NCBI RefSeq assembly: GCF_004010195.1
Contig: NC_057760.1
Location: forward strand, 50,871 to 114,870
DNA: 64,000 bases
Reading direction: 5' to 3'
Source: Chiloscyllium plagiosum
Taxonomy: Eukaryota
The position numbers were made by a program, and so were the translations under genes. Below, one piece after another: positions 12,911 to 25,700 of this stretch. Positions within the stretch are counted from its first letter, which is position 1. The number at the start of each line of letters is the position of its first letter. A model generated the notes under the pieces. It was not told the DNA's origin. It did no database searches and saw nothing but the letters and a program-made list of their open reading frames with translations.

Positions 12911-13189
12911 AGGAGCGGAACTCTGGCGGTGGGGGGAGTCATCATCAATAGAAGACCTTCACATGTAAATGCAATCGGAAATTCAGGAGAAACGTTTTCA
13001 CTCACAGAATGGGGAGAATGTGGAAGGAACCCAACCATTTTAAACCCCCGATTTACAAGGAGGGTCTGAATCCCGTCTTTTTAAAAAGTTTGTTCAGGGG
13101 ATGTGGACATTGCCCCTTGAGAAGGGGGTGCCTTGGTGTGTGGTTCAGGTACCATCCACAGTACTACTGGGGAGACAGTACCACAGTTT

Positions 13190-13505
13190 GGGGTGGCACG
13201 GTGGCTCAGTGGTTAGCGCTGCTGCTTCACCATACCAGGGACCCAGGTTCGACTCCAGATTGTGTGGCAACAGTCTGTGTGGAGTTTGCACATTCTCCCC
13301 GTGTCTGTGTGGGTTTCCTCCGGGTGCTCCGGTTTCCTCCCACAGTCACAAAGATGTGCAGGTCAGGGTGAATTGGTCATGCTAAATTGCCAGGGGTAAA
13401 TATAGGGTAGGGGAATGGGTTTGGGTGAGCTACGCTTTGGAGGGTTGGTATGGACTTTTGGCCCAAAGGGCCTGTTTCCATACTGTAGGGAAGCTAATCT
13501 AATCA
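13190..13505 (+). mobile_element. HE1/V-SINE
   Basis: GGTGGCACGGTGGCTCAGTGG A-box head, GGTTCGACTCC B-box, core and CTAAT tail. Confidence 0.85.
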
Positions 13506-14019
13506 ATATTGACCCAGGGGTACCAAAGAAGCAGCCCATTTAATTCCAAGTCAGAATGACACATGTCTTGGAGGAGAATTTGCATGTGGTGATGTTCCCA
13601 TGTATTTGCTGCCCTTGTCCTTCCAAATGGTAGAAGTTTTATGTTTAAAAATCTATTTCTCTTCAAAGGTAGACGGATTGAGTGTGGCAGGCACAACGAC
13701 GACCACAATGACTGGTTTTTAATTTTCTCAAATTAATACAGAAGACTTTAAAACCCAGCTCAATCCTAAGCTCCAGTACTCACTGTTTCTGGAAACTCCC
13801 TGCCTTATTGCACATGCTAAATAATTGAAATACTCCATCAATGTTGAGGCAGTTAACTGGAAAATCTCTTTCTCTCTCGCTCACAGCTCGCTTTCAGTTT
13901 AATTGTTGCACATTGTAAATAAGCTTGGGCCTGTGTGTTTGTTTAAGAGCGCATGATAATTTTTTTAAACTAGCCAGCATTTACTAAGAAAACAAATGCT
14001 CTCCACACAAAGACAAACA

Positions 14020-14057
14020 TACACACACACACACTCTCTCTCTCTCTCTCTCTCACA

Positions 14058-14093
<36 letters not shown>

Positions 14094-14183
14094 CTCACAC
14101 ACACACACTCTCATTCTCTCTCTGTCTCTCTCTCACACACACACACTCTCATTCTCTCTCTGTCTCTCTCACATACACACACA
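14020..14183. repeat. (CA)n/(CT)n compound microsatellite
   Basis: Directly visible. Confidence 0.95.
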
Positions 14184-14589
14184 GGTGTGGCTGTGTTGTC
14201 GGGAATCTCTTGTCTATTGGTGCTTATGCTATATAGAAGAAATGTATGGGATTATGTCAAACTGGTAGGTCATTCAGCTCCACGTTAATGTTTACTATAC
14301 CTCGTCATCCTATCCCTCTATTCGTTTTTTCCCTCCTGTTTATCCAGCTTCTCATTCAATGCAGTTCTGGTGTTTGCCTCAACCACTCCCTGTTGGAGCA
14401 GATTCGGCATAATTGTCCTCTGGGTGAGGACGATTCTACTGAATTCCTGATTGGATTTATTCATGATGGTCTTAAATTGATGGCCACATAGTTCGACGGG
14501 CCCTTACTCTCCCTCCTTTTAATTAAAAAAAAGTGGAAACATCTCTAGGTCGATTGAGACCTTGCAGAATTTTAATGACCTTGGTCAGA

Positions 14590-15020
14590 AAGATGTTGTG
14601 AAACTTGAAAGGGTTCAGAAAAGATTACAAGGACGTTGCCCAGGTTGGAGGATTTAAGCTACAGGGAGAGGATGGAGCGTCAGAGGCTGAGGGGTGACCT
14701 TATAGAGGTTTATAAGATCCTGAGGGGCATGGATATGGTAAATAGACAAGGTCTTTTCCCTGGGGTGGAGAAGTCCAGAACTAGAGGGGCATAGGTTTAG
14801 GGTGAGAGGGGAAAGATATAAAAGGCACCTAAGGGGCAACATTTTCACGCAGAGGGTGGTGCGTGTATGGAACGAGATGCCAGAGGAAGTGGTAGAGGCT
14901 GGTACAATTACAGCATTTAAAAGGCATCTGGATGGGGACATGAATAGGAAGGGTTTGGGAGAGTGGCAAATGGGTTGAATAGGAAGGGTTTGGGAGAGTG
15001 GCAAATGGGTCTAGATTGAA
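14590..15020 (+). mobile_element. CR1-clade LINE 3' fragment
   Basis: Same sequence family as 10330-10810. Confidence 0.85.
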
Positions 15021-15419
15021 TGCCTCCCACTCCCTCAGTTTTTTTTCCTTCCTGCTGACAGTGCAGTGCTGACCTTCGGTCACTGTGGTGTTCCACCAGT
15101 ATTGTGCCTGGAGCATTAGCCTTGAATTTCTGCTCCAGTCTCCAGTGTGGGGTGTCGAACCCACACCACCTGACTTGGGGGCAGTGAAGCCTTTAGGAGC
15201 TCACAGAAGGTCAGCACCTCTTCCTTGACAATGCCGTTGGTAATGGGAGACACTGACACACCACTTCCCAAACCTTTCTCCTTTCCTTACCTTGTCCCCG
15301 TTTTCAAGGTGTGATCATTGTTGCAGCCTTTCTGTGAGATCTGGGTCTGTGGGGTCAATGAGGAGAGATCGGTAAAAGGCTGAAGGTGTGGGAGGAGGTG
15401 CAGAGCTGTTAGATGTGAG

Positions 15420-15727
15420 AATTAGAATCCCTACAGTGTGGAAATAGGCCCTTCAGCCCAACAAGTCCACACCAACCCTCTCAAAAGTATCCCACCCAAA
15501 CCCATATTTATCCCTGACTAATGTACCTAATCTACACATCCCTGAACACTGTGGGCAATTTAGTGTGGCCAATTTCACCTAACCTGCAGGTCTTTGGATT
15601 GTGGGAGGAAACCCATGCAGACACAGGGGGAGAATGTGCAAACTCCACACAGACTGTTGCCCGAGGCTGGAATTGAACCCAGGTCCCTGGTGCTGTGAGG
15701 CAGCAGTGCTAACCACTGAGCCACCTC
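15420..15727 (-). mobile_element. HE1/V-SINE
   Basis: Reverse complement of the SINE head, core and tail. Confidence 0.85.
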
Positions 15728-16122
15728 CATGTGGGTTGGAGATTTAAAAGGGATGGCAATGTGGCTGTTCTAACTCAGTCTGAAACCTGATGCCCTCTGA
15801 CCACCACACACCACGAGCACATGGACACATTCTGACCCTTCCAGGGTCGTACAGCACGGAAACAAACCCTTCGGTCCAACCAGTCCATGCCGTATGTAAT
15901 CCCAAACTAAAGTGGTCCCACCTGCCTGTGATTGACTCAAATCCTTCCAAATATGTTTTATTCATGTACTTATCCAAATGTTTTTTTAATTATTGTCAGC
16001 GTACCCACACCAACCACTCCCTCAGGAAGTTCATTCCACGCGAACCACCTTCTGTTTTCAAAGAGGTTGCCCGCCCGCTATGTCTTTTTTGGAAATCGTT
16101 CTCTTCTTCCCACTCTGGACAC

Positions 16123-16440
16123 TGGGTGGCACGGTGGCTCAGTGGTTAGCATAGCTGCCTCACAGCAGCAGGGTTCCAGGTTTGATTCCAGCCTCGGGCG
16201 ACTGTCTGTGTGGAGTTTGCATGTTCTCCCTGTGTCTGCGTGGGTTTCCTCGGGGTGCTCTGGTTTCCTCCCACAGTCCGAAGATGTGCAGGTCAGATGA
16301 ATTGGCTGTGGTAAATTGTCCATAGTGTTAGGTGCATTAGTCAGAGGGAAACGAGTCTGGGTGGGTTAATCTTCAGAGGGTCGGTGTGGACTTGGTGGGC
16401 CAAAGGGCCTGTTTCCACACTGTAGGGAATCTAATCTAAT
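16123..16440 (+). mobile_element. HE1/V-SINE inserted into a minus-strand CR1 3' fragment (~15845-16550)
   Basis: Full SINE head, core and (TCTAA)n tail, flanked by CR1 sequence. Confidence 0.85.
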
Positions 16441-16626
16441 CTCCCCTTAAAAATATGCCCTGTGGTATTGAAATCCCCCACTCTAGGGAAAAGACACCTG
16501 CCATTCACCTAATCTATACCCCTCACGATTTTATAAACTCCCCTCGCCTGCCAGAGTTTGCAAAGTCTTGATCTCTATCCCAATAGTTGGCAGACCCAGG
16601 GCTCATGACCATCTTTACTGTTTCAG

Positions 16627-16722
16627 CGTACCAAAGGAACATTTGGAGAATCCAAGCTCTCCAGGCGTTAGGATCGAGGATATGGAACTCCGGGAAGAGT
16701 GGCAGGATGAGGAATTTCCAAA
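16627..16722 (+). CDS. BNIPL: BNIPL coding exon (96 nt): [31 protein letters not shown]
   Basis: Acceptor tttcAG at 16625-16626 and donor AA|GTAAGA. Conserved [12 protein letters not shown] motif; in-frame ATG at 16682. Confidence 0.9.
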
Positions 16723-19700
16723 GTAAGAGCATGTCTTCTGTATGTTTCTACAATGATTGGGGTGGGGGGGTGGGCATGCAGTTTCTTCTCAAAGGGAATG
16801 ACTCGTTTCTCTGCATTTAGTTTTAACTTGTTGCGGATCCCTTTAATACGATCAAAATAAAAACCAAGAGAGCTGTGGATACTGTAAATCAGGAACAAAA
16901 TTAGAGATTGCTAGAAAAGCTCAGCATCCAGTTTTTAGTTTGGGAATATGGTCGGCATGGATTGGTTGGACCGAAGGGTCTGTTTCCGTGCTCTGCGACT
17001 CTATAAAGTCGGCGTGTGTCTGCAGTTCTGAGGAAAGGTCACTCGATCCAAAACATTAACTCTGCTTTTCTGTCCACAGATGCTACCAGACCTGCTGAGC
17101 TTTTCCAGCAATTTTGATTATTGTTTTTAATGCAGTCGTTCCATAGAATCCCTATAGTGTGGAAACAGGTTCACAGCGACCCTCCGAAGAGTAACCCCAC
17201 CGAGACCCATTCCCCTACCCTATTATCCTATATTTACCCCTGACTAATGCACCTAACCCGCACATCCCAACTCTACGGGACAATTTAGCATGGCCAATCC
17301 ACCCTAGCCTGCATATCCCTGGACACTATGGGATAATTTAGCACGGCCAATCCACCCTAACCTGCACATCCCTGGGCACTATGGGACAATTTAGCATGGC
17401 CAATCCACCCTAACCTGCACATCCCTGGGCACAATAGGATAATTTAGCAAGGCCAATCCACCCTAACCTGCACATCCCTGGGCACTATGAGACAATTTAG
17501 CATGGCCAATCCACCCTAACCTGCACATCCCTGGGCACAATGGGATAATTTAGCATGGCTAATCCACCCTAACCTGCACATCCCTGGGCACTATGGGACA
17601 ATTTCCCATGGCCAATCCACCCTAACCTGCACATCCCTGGGCACTATGGGACAATTTAGCATGGCCAATCCATCCTAACCTGCACATCCCTGGGCACTAT
17701 GAGATGAATTTAGCATGGCCAATCCACCCTTACCTGGGTATTTTTGGACTGTGGGAGGAAACGGGAGCACCCGGAGGAAACCCACACAGACATGGGGGGA
17801 GAATGTGCAAACTCCACTCAGACAGTCCCCTGAAGGGGGGGAATCAAACCCGGATCCCTGGCACTGTGAGGTAGCAGTGCTAACCACTGAGCCACCGTTC
17901 CACCCCCTTCACTTTGTTCACCTTCTTCCTAAGTAGAGATGAAACTGGAGAATGAGAGTAGCAGATTCCTGATTTTAAGCAGCAATTATAAAATTGCTCT
18001 CTTCCTTTCTTGGTTTTAAATAGTCACCCTCCAAACTGATAAAGCCATGCTGCCCAGTGAACTATATTCATGTAACAAGATATCCTCTTGCACGGTCAAA
18101 TGCCAAGATAGTGAGTTTCAATGATCTGGGTCAAAGGGCAAGCGAAGAAGCAGATGCCTGGTATTTTGTCCATTCCATGCAGTCAGAGATTGCATTTATA
18201 CAGTGCCTTTTTTGGTAAGGTCCAGAATTCCGGTCTCCTTCCTATCGGAAAGATGTTGTGGAACTTGAAAAGGTTCAGAAAAGATTTACAAGGATGTTGC
18301 CGGGGTTGGAGGATTTGAGCTACACGGAGAGGCTGAACAGGCTGGGGCTGTTTTCCCTGGAGCGTCGGAGGCTGAGGGGTCTTCCTGAAGAAGGGCTCAT
18401 GCCCGAAACGTCGATTCTCCTGCTCCTTGGATGCTGCCTGACCTGCTGCGCTTTTCCAGCAACACATTTTCAGCTCTGATCTCCAGCATCTGCAGTCCTC
18501 ACTTTCTCCTGAGGGGTGACCTTACAGAGGTTTACAAAAGCATGAGGGGCATGGATAGGATAAATAGGCAAAGTCTTTTTCCTGGAGTGTGGGAGTCCAG
18601 AACTAGAGGGCATAGGTTTAGGGTGAGAGGAGAAAGGTATAAAAGAGACCTAAGGGGCAACCTTTTCACACAGAGGGTGATACGTGTATGGAATGAGCTG
18701 CCAGAGGAAGTGGTGGAGGCTGGTACAATTGCAACATTTAAAAGGCATTTGGATGGGTATATGAATAGGAAGGGTTTGGAGGGATATGGGCCGGGTGCTG
18801 GCAGGTGGGACGAGATTGGCTTGGGATATCTGGTTGGTATGGATGGATTGAACCGAAGGGTCTGTTTCCATGCTGTACAGCTCTGTGACTCTAATGTACA
18901 GCCAGAGATTGTGGTGGAGGCAGGTTCAATTGAGCTTTCCAAGAGAGAATTAGACTGTTATCCGAGAAGCTGCATTGACAGGAGACGCAATCAATAGTTG
19001 GGGTACTACAGTCTGAGGACAAAGAGGCAAGAGTTAAACTTGATGAATGTGGTACCAGTAACTGTGCCTGGCATGCCCAAACAACTAATCAAACTTTTAA
19101 CTATTATCAACGTTAAACTTTAAACTGGTTGTAAAATACATAGCAAGAATTATGATCAGTCTTGTGATCAGACTATGATCAGTCAAATTACAAATCGACA
19201 CTTCCAGTAAAATTCTGGGTTGCTGTGCAGTTAGTGTGAAGTCAAATAGACTTCTTTCCATTGAAACATGCACTGTCCTGCTACAAACTTTTGTGCACTG
19301 ATTGTAATTGTTGCTGTGTTCCCCTGGGTTAAATATTTAATGTAATGCTGGCAGGATGTCACAGGTATGAATATAGCTTCATAGATAGATCATAGCATTG
19401 GGAATAGACTGTCTGAATTTATAAGGAATGAATGTGCAGGGTTACTGGGTTAACGTGGGAAAACAGCACCGAGTGAAATGCTGAGTCAAAGAACTGGCGC
19501 AAACACAATGGGCCAAATGGACTCCTTCCATGCACCGTAACCACCGTGCATATTCTTTTTTCCAACCTACAGACCTCTTCCAGAAGACAATGAGGCTGTG
19601 ACAGAGGATGAGCTGAATGCCAATACAGATGGCAACAGACCGGGTAATGATACAGGGTGTATATGGAAAAGTGTGAATATCAGTATAAGTGTCTGTCTGT

Positions 19701-22700
19701 GTCTATCTCTGTATATGCGTGTGTGTACGTGCATGCGTGTCTCTGTCCCTGTCTGTGTGTGTGTGTGGAGAGAGAGAGAGAGAGAGAGAGAGCGCCTTAT
19801 TATTCAGCAAGGATCTACCACTGATGGTTAGCTCCTCCTGCTTCTTCAATGACCATTGCTACCAGACTAATTTCCTCCCTTCACACCCACCTAAAGAAAC
19901 TGTTCTTTCATTCGTTTATGGGATGTGATTGTCACGATCTAGGAAGGCATTTACTGTCCATCCCTCATTGGGCACAGAGCAGTTGAGACTCAACTGCACC
20001 TTGTGAGAAGGTAAAATAGGTTCAGGACATAGGCCAGACCATGTAAAGATGGCAGATTCCCTCATTTTAAAGAACATTAGTGAACCATTTTTACAATAAT
20101 TGATCAGCTTTTTTTAAAAATTCCATATTTGTACTGAATTCAAATTTTACCACCTGCCATGGCAGGATTCTAACCCATTTACCCAGATCATCAACTTGGG
20201 ATTCTCTATTGGGCAGCACAGTGGTAAGCACTACTGTCTCGCAGCAACAAAGTGACCTGAGTTCGATTCCAGCCGTGGGCGACTGTCTGTGTGGAGTTTG
20301 CACGTTATCCCCCTTTGTCTGTGTGGGTTTTCTCTGGATGCTTTGTTTTCCTCCCACAGCCAGAAGATGTGCAGATTAGGGTGGGTTGGCCATGCTAAAT
20401 TGCCCATCGTGTCCAATGATGTGCAGGTGAGGGAGGGTTAGCAATGGAAAATGCAGGATACAGGGACAGGATGGGGTGGGTGGTGGGATCGTGGTGGAAT
20501 GCTCTTCAGAGGGTCTTGTAGACTCGATGGACCGAATGGCCTGTCGGAATGTTATATTACTAGTCCAGTGACATGACCACTGTACCACTGGGTTTCTGTC
20601 GTTCCTTTGTAAGGCCTAGAAACTCGAATGAGATGCAGCTGTAATACAAGCAAGGAATGCGCTGAGGAATGATGGAGAAGCCCAGTAATGTTCATCCTTT
20701 CGAAGTAACAGTGTGCCTCTGTGCACTTCCCTTTTCAGCTGCTCAGAGTCTGACCGAAATTACAGCTAAGTACTGTGATTTGAAAACAGAGTATTTAGCA
20801 AAATGTCACGAGGTGAGGACAGAAACAGAACGTGAGATCAATCAGCAGTGCGATCTCCAGGCATGGATAAATGAAGGCTCATGGCTTTACGCTACACAGC
20901 CCGTTCAGTCTAACTAACTCCTGCTGATGTTCCAGGAAAACACCTGAATACCTTGAAATTCTGAGCTCCTTTTTCACTCTTGACTGGCCTCCTGTAGTCT
21001 GCATCAAGCTTTCCCTCCGAAGCGAAGAATTCTTGACATTTTTAAACCCACTCAAAAATGTCCCACTTCCCAGTGCAGACACAGGCAGAATCGTACAACA
21101 TAGGAGGCTATTCAGCTATGTAGTTGATACTTTTAGAAGAGTAAGTTGAACATAATAAACAGGAGCAGGAATATGCCATTGGTCTGTCATGTCTGCTTCA
21201 CCATTCAATAAAACTATGGCTGATCGTTTTGTGGACTCAGCTCCACATACACCATAACCCCAAAAATCCATCTATCGATGCCTTAAAAATATTCAATGAG
21301 GTAGCCTCAACTGCCTCACTGGGCAGGGAATCCCACAGATTCCCAACCCTCTGGGTGAAGAAGCTCAGCTAATCTGTTCCCTCCTTATTTTGAGGCCAAG
21401 TCCCCTCATTCTAGTTTCACCCCCCAGTGGGAAACAGCCTCCCTGTTTAGATCTTATCTATTCCCTTCATTGTTGTATAGACTTCTAAAGGATTTTTTTC
21501 ACATTTTTCTAAATTCCAATGAATATACTCCCAATCTATTCAACTTCTCCTCCATAAGCCAACCCTCGACTCCAGAATCGACCTAGTGAACCTCCTCTAC
21601 ACCCCCTGCAGTGCCAGAACATCCTTTCTCAAGTAAGGAGACGGAAACTGTGCAGCATTTCAGACAGTCCCGTTACACCCTTCTGTCCCCTACAGCATTG
21701 CATTATTCTAACCCCCTCTTTCAAGTACTTATCGAATTTGCTTTTAAGAGGTGACCATTGAAGCTCTGTGCACCTCTGCATCAGGCAGTACCTTTCCAAA
21801 CCATATCCTTTACTACCCATTGTAGTTTGCAGGAATGAGAGGTGGCGTTAGTGAAACATTCTAAGGTCCCGAGAAGTCTTGACGAGGAGACGTTGTGGGA
21901 CAGTCTCGAAACAGATGTCACAGGAAGGGATTGACCATTTAAGATAAGGATTAGATAATGCATCTCTGATCTTTCAACCCCTGAATTTTCAGTTTGCCAT
22001 GCTTCTTGGACCCGCAGTGTGGGAAGCTCAGATCTAAAAGTTTCAGAATAAGCTAAGAACCAGGTGAGAATTAGTTTTTCTCTCTGAGTTTTTGGAACTC
22101 TTCCTGAAGAGGGAGCACAATGTTTTTGAAGGCAGAAGTGGATAAGTGGTTGATAAGCAAGGGGATGAAATGCTATCAGGAATGGTGGGAACCTGGAGTA
22201 ATCAGATCAGCCACGATCTTAGTGATTGGTGGAACAGGCTTGAGGATCCAAGTGATCTACTCCTGTTTCCTAATTCCTGCTTTTAAGGTGAGCGGGAGAG
22301 GTTCTCTCTCTGCGGAATTCTCTTACCTAGAGAGCAGTGAAGGCTCTGTCATTGAATATATTCAAGGTTGAGATATTCTTGATTCAAACATCAGCCAGGA
22401 AGTTATGGGACAGGGACAGAGAGGAAAGTGGAGATGAAACCACAACCAGATTTTATTGAATGGCAGACAGGATTGCTCTGTTTAATCTCTTCAGCCTAAG
22501 TTCTATGTTCCCATAATAACTGCTTCTAGAGTCAACGAGTCATCAAGCACGGAACAGACCCTTCGGTCCAACCAGTCCACATAGGGCAGCACAGTGGCTC
22601 AGTGGTTAGCACTGCTGCCTCACAGCACCAGGGTCCCAGGTTCAATTCCCACCCTGGGTGACTGTGTGGAGTTTGCACATTCTCCCCGTGTCTGTGTGGA

Positions 22701-25700
22701 TTTCCTCCGGGTGCTCTGGTTTCCTCCCCTGTCCAAAGATGTGCAGGTCAGGTGAATTAGCCATGCTAAATTGCCTGTAGTGTTAGGTGCATTAGTCAGA
22801 GGGGGAATGAGTCTGGGTGAGTTACTCTTCAGAGGGTCGGTGTGGATTGGTTCCACACTCCAATCTAATCAAACGTAATCCCAAATGAAATTAGTCCCAC
22901 CTGCCTGCTCCTCGCCCATATCCCTCCAAATACTGTCTTATTCATTGCTTATCAAAATGTCTCCTTATAACTCAAAATGTCTTTTAAACATTGTAACTAT
23001 AACCACATTCACCACTTCCTCAGTTCATTCCAAGGCGAACTGCTCTGTGTTTAAAAAAAAATTCCCCTCCTGTCTTTGTAAACTCTCTTCTTAAAAATAT
23101 GTCCCCTAATCTTGAAATCTTCCACTCGAGAGAAAAGACACCTACCGTTTATCTTATCTAACCTTCTGATGATTTTTAAAACCTCTACAGGATCACCCCT
23201 CTGCGCTCCAGTGAAAAAGGTCCCAACCTAACCACCTTCTCCTTATAACTCAAACACTCCATATGTGGCAACATCCTGGTAAATCTCTTCTGAACGCTCT
23301 CCAGCTTAATAGTATCCTGCCTATTTACAGGGAGACCAGAACTGGACACAGTACTCCAGAAGAGGCCTCACTAATGCCCTGTACAACCTCAACATAATGT
23401 CCCAGCTCTTATACTCAAAGGTCTGATCAATGAAGGCAAGTGTGCTAAATGCCTTCTTAACCACCCCACCTATATGTGATGCAAACTTGAAACAATTATG
23501 TACCTTGAATCCCCAGGTCTCTTGAGTTTCCTCCTGGAAAATGGGATGAGATTAATTTAGGATATCTGGTCAGCGTGGACGAGTTGAACCGAAGGGCCTG
23601 TCTCTGTGCTGGACAACTCTATGACACTATAATTATCTATTCCTGCTCCTAGTTCTTGAGTTCTTATGTTATTGAAGAGTAGAAGGAAGAATCAGAAGAG
23701 GAAGAACAGCAGAGTTCTGATCTTGCAACCCCCGAATTTTCAGTTTGCCATGCTTCTTGGACCCGCAGTGTGGGAAGCCCAGATCTAAAAGTGTCATAAT
23801 TTTTTAAAGTCCTCAGTCACATCTCCCCTTGGGTGTGTCTGCTCCCAGTGAAAACAAGCCTGGCCTGACTGGAGATCATCTTTCCTCTCAACTTAGCAGA
23901 CAATAATTTTTACTAAAAAAAAACTATTGAAGGATTTGAGCTACAGGGAGAGGTTGAATAGGCTGGGGCTGCTTTCCCTGGAGTGTCGGAGGCTGAGGGG
24001 TGACCTTTTCAAGGTTTATAAAATCATGAGGGTCATGGATAAGATGAATAGACAAATCATCCAGTACTAGAGGGCATAGGTTTGAGTGAGAGGGGAAAAG
24101 ATATAAAAGGGACCTAAGAGGCAACCTTTTCACGTAGAGGGTGGTGCATATATGGAATGAGCTGCCAGAGGAAGTAGTGGAGGCTGATACAATGACAACA
24201 TTTAAAAGGCATCTGGATGGTAACGTGAATAGGAAGGGTTGAGAGGGATATTGGCCAAGTGCCTGCAAATGGGACTAGATTAGGTTGGGATATCTGGTCA
24301 GCATGGACGAGTTGGACCGAAGGGTCTGTTTCCATGCTGTACATCTCTATGATTCTGAGTTATTTCTCTTTCTTTCTCCTTCAGTGCCGCCCAACACTTT
24401 ACAACTGTGTGGGAACAAGCATAAAAAGCGACTCCTTGCGCCAGCAATCAGTTTGACCCTGGAAGGCGATGGGGAGACCACACGCTCCGAGGAAAGGACT
24501 CCAGATGAACCAGAAGGGGATTCCTCTGATCTAAATTTAGATGAATTAGATACTCCTTCAGATAGTGAATCATTTGAGTTGCCGGAGAATGGTAATGAAT
24601 TTGAGTGGGAAGGTAAACAAACCAATCAACTTCTAATCAATACTCTTAATCATCTCCTCTGAACAACTGTCTCCGTTCATTTCCTGTCTCTTTCTCCATT
24701 GAGTTAGCTCCATGTTAGCTTGATAGTGACTCTGGTAGCTGCGGCAGCCCCATTTCTCTCATGGTCGAAGGTTGGTTTTCCCCTCCACTCTCAGCAATGC
24801 CCCTCTTTCCTGCGCATAGGCTGCCAGAGGGGAGCACAGCATTGCTCCTCGGAGTGTTCACCTCTCCCCTACTTCCTCTGGCGCACATTGGCGGCACGGT
24901 GGCTTAGTGGTTAGCGCTGCTGCCTCATGGCGCCAGGGACCTGGGTTCGGGCGACTGTCTGTGTGGAGTTTGCACATTCTCCCTGTGTCTGTGTGGGTTT
25001 CCTCCCACAATCCAAAGATGTGCAGGTCAGGTGAATTAGTCATGCTAAGGTGTCCATAGTGTTAGGTGCATTAGATTCGATTCCCTACAGTGTGAAAACA
25101 GGCCATTTGGCTCAGCAAGTCCACACTGACCCTCTGAAGAGTAACCCACCCAGACCTGTTTCCATACGGTAGGGAATCAAATCTAATGTCGTTCACCCAT
25201 TATTGAATTAGGTTGGTGGTGGACGTAGGTTAATCTACTCTACTTCCTGCACTGGCCTTTAGCACTAGAGGATTTGAGTACTGGTGTAAAGAAATTTTAC
25301 TGCCATCAGATAGAGCTTCAGTGCGATCACACATATACAGGTTTTGTCTCTTTACCAAAGGAAGGATATGCCTCCCATAGAGCAAGTGCACTGAAGGTTT
25401 ACCAGACTGATACCAGTGATGGCGGTATTGTCTTATGAGCAAAGATAAAAGTGACTGGACCCGTATCCTTTCGGGCTGTTTACTCTCTCGTTCCCACCCT
25501 CCTTACAGTATGTGGCCATTTCCATATGGCCATATCTGTGAAACCTCATGTCTATCTCCTTTCCTGTGTGCATTATGGTATTCCATCGTATTAGTTGTAG
25601 GTCAGCAAGCAGTGCTCTGTCACCTCAGAGTCAAAAAGGTTCCAGTCTAACTGAAGAAACTGAGGCCCATAAGCCAATATTCCCCTCACAGCATTATCTG

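Noticed and set aside
13190..13270. tRNA-like sequences with A/B boxes at SINE heads
   Set aside because: They continue into the V-SINE core and LINE-like tail, so they are SINE heads rather than tRNA genes.
17250..17735. Regular repeats resembling a CRISPR array (also 52275-52545 and 49582-50600)
   Set aside because: These are head-to-tail tandem units without unique spacers, in vertebrate DNA with no cas genes.
24285..24662. 125-aa ORF fusing CR1 3' sequence to the BNIPL exon
   Set aside because: Chance read-through; a strong acceptor at 24383-24384 and phase match with the 19573-19643 exon explain the coding part.
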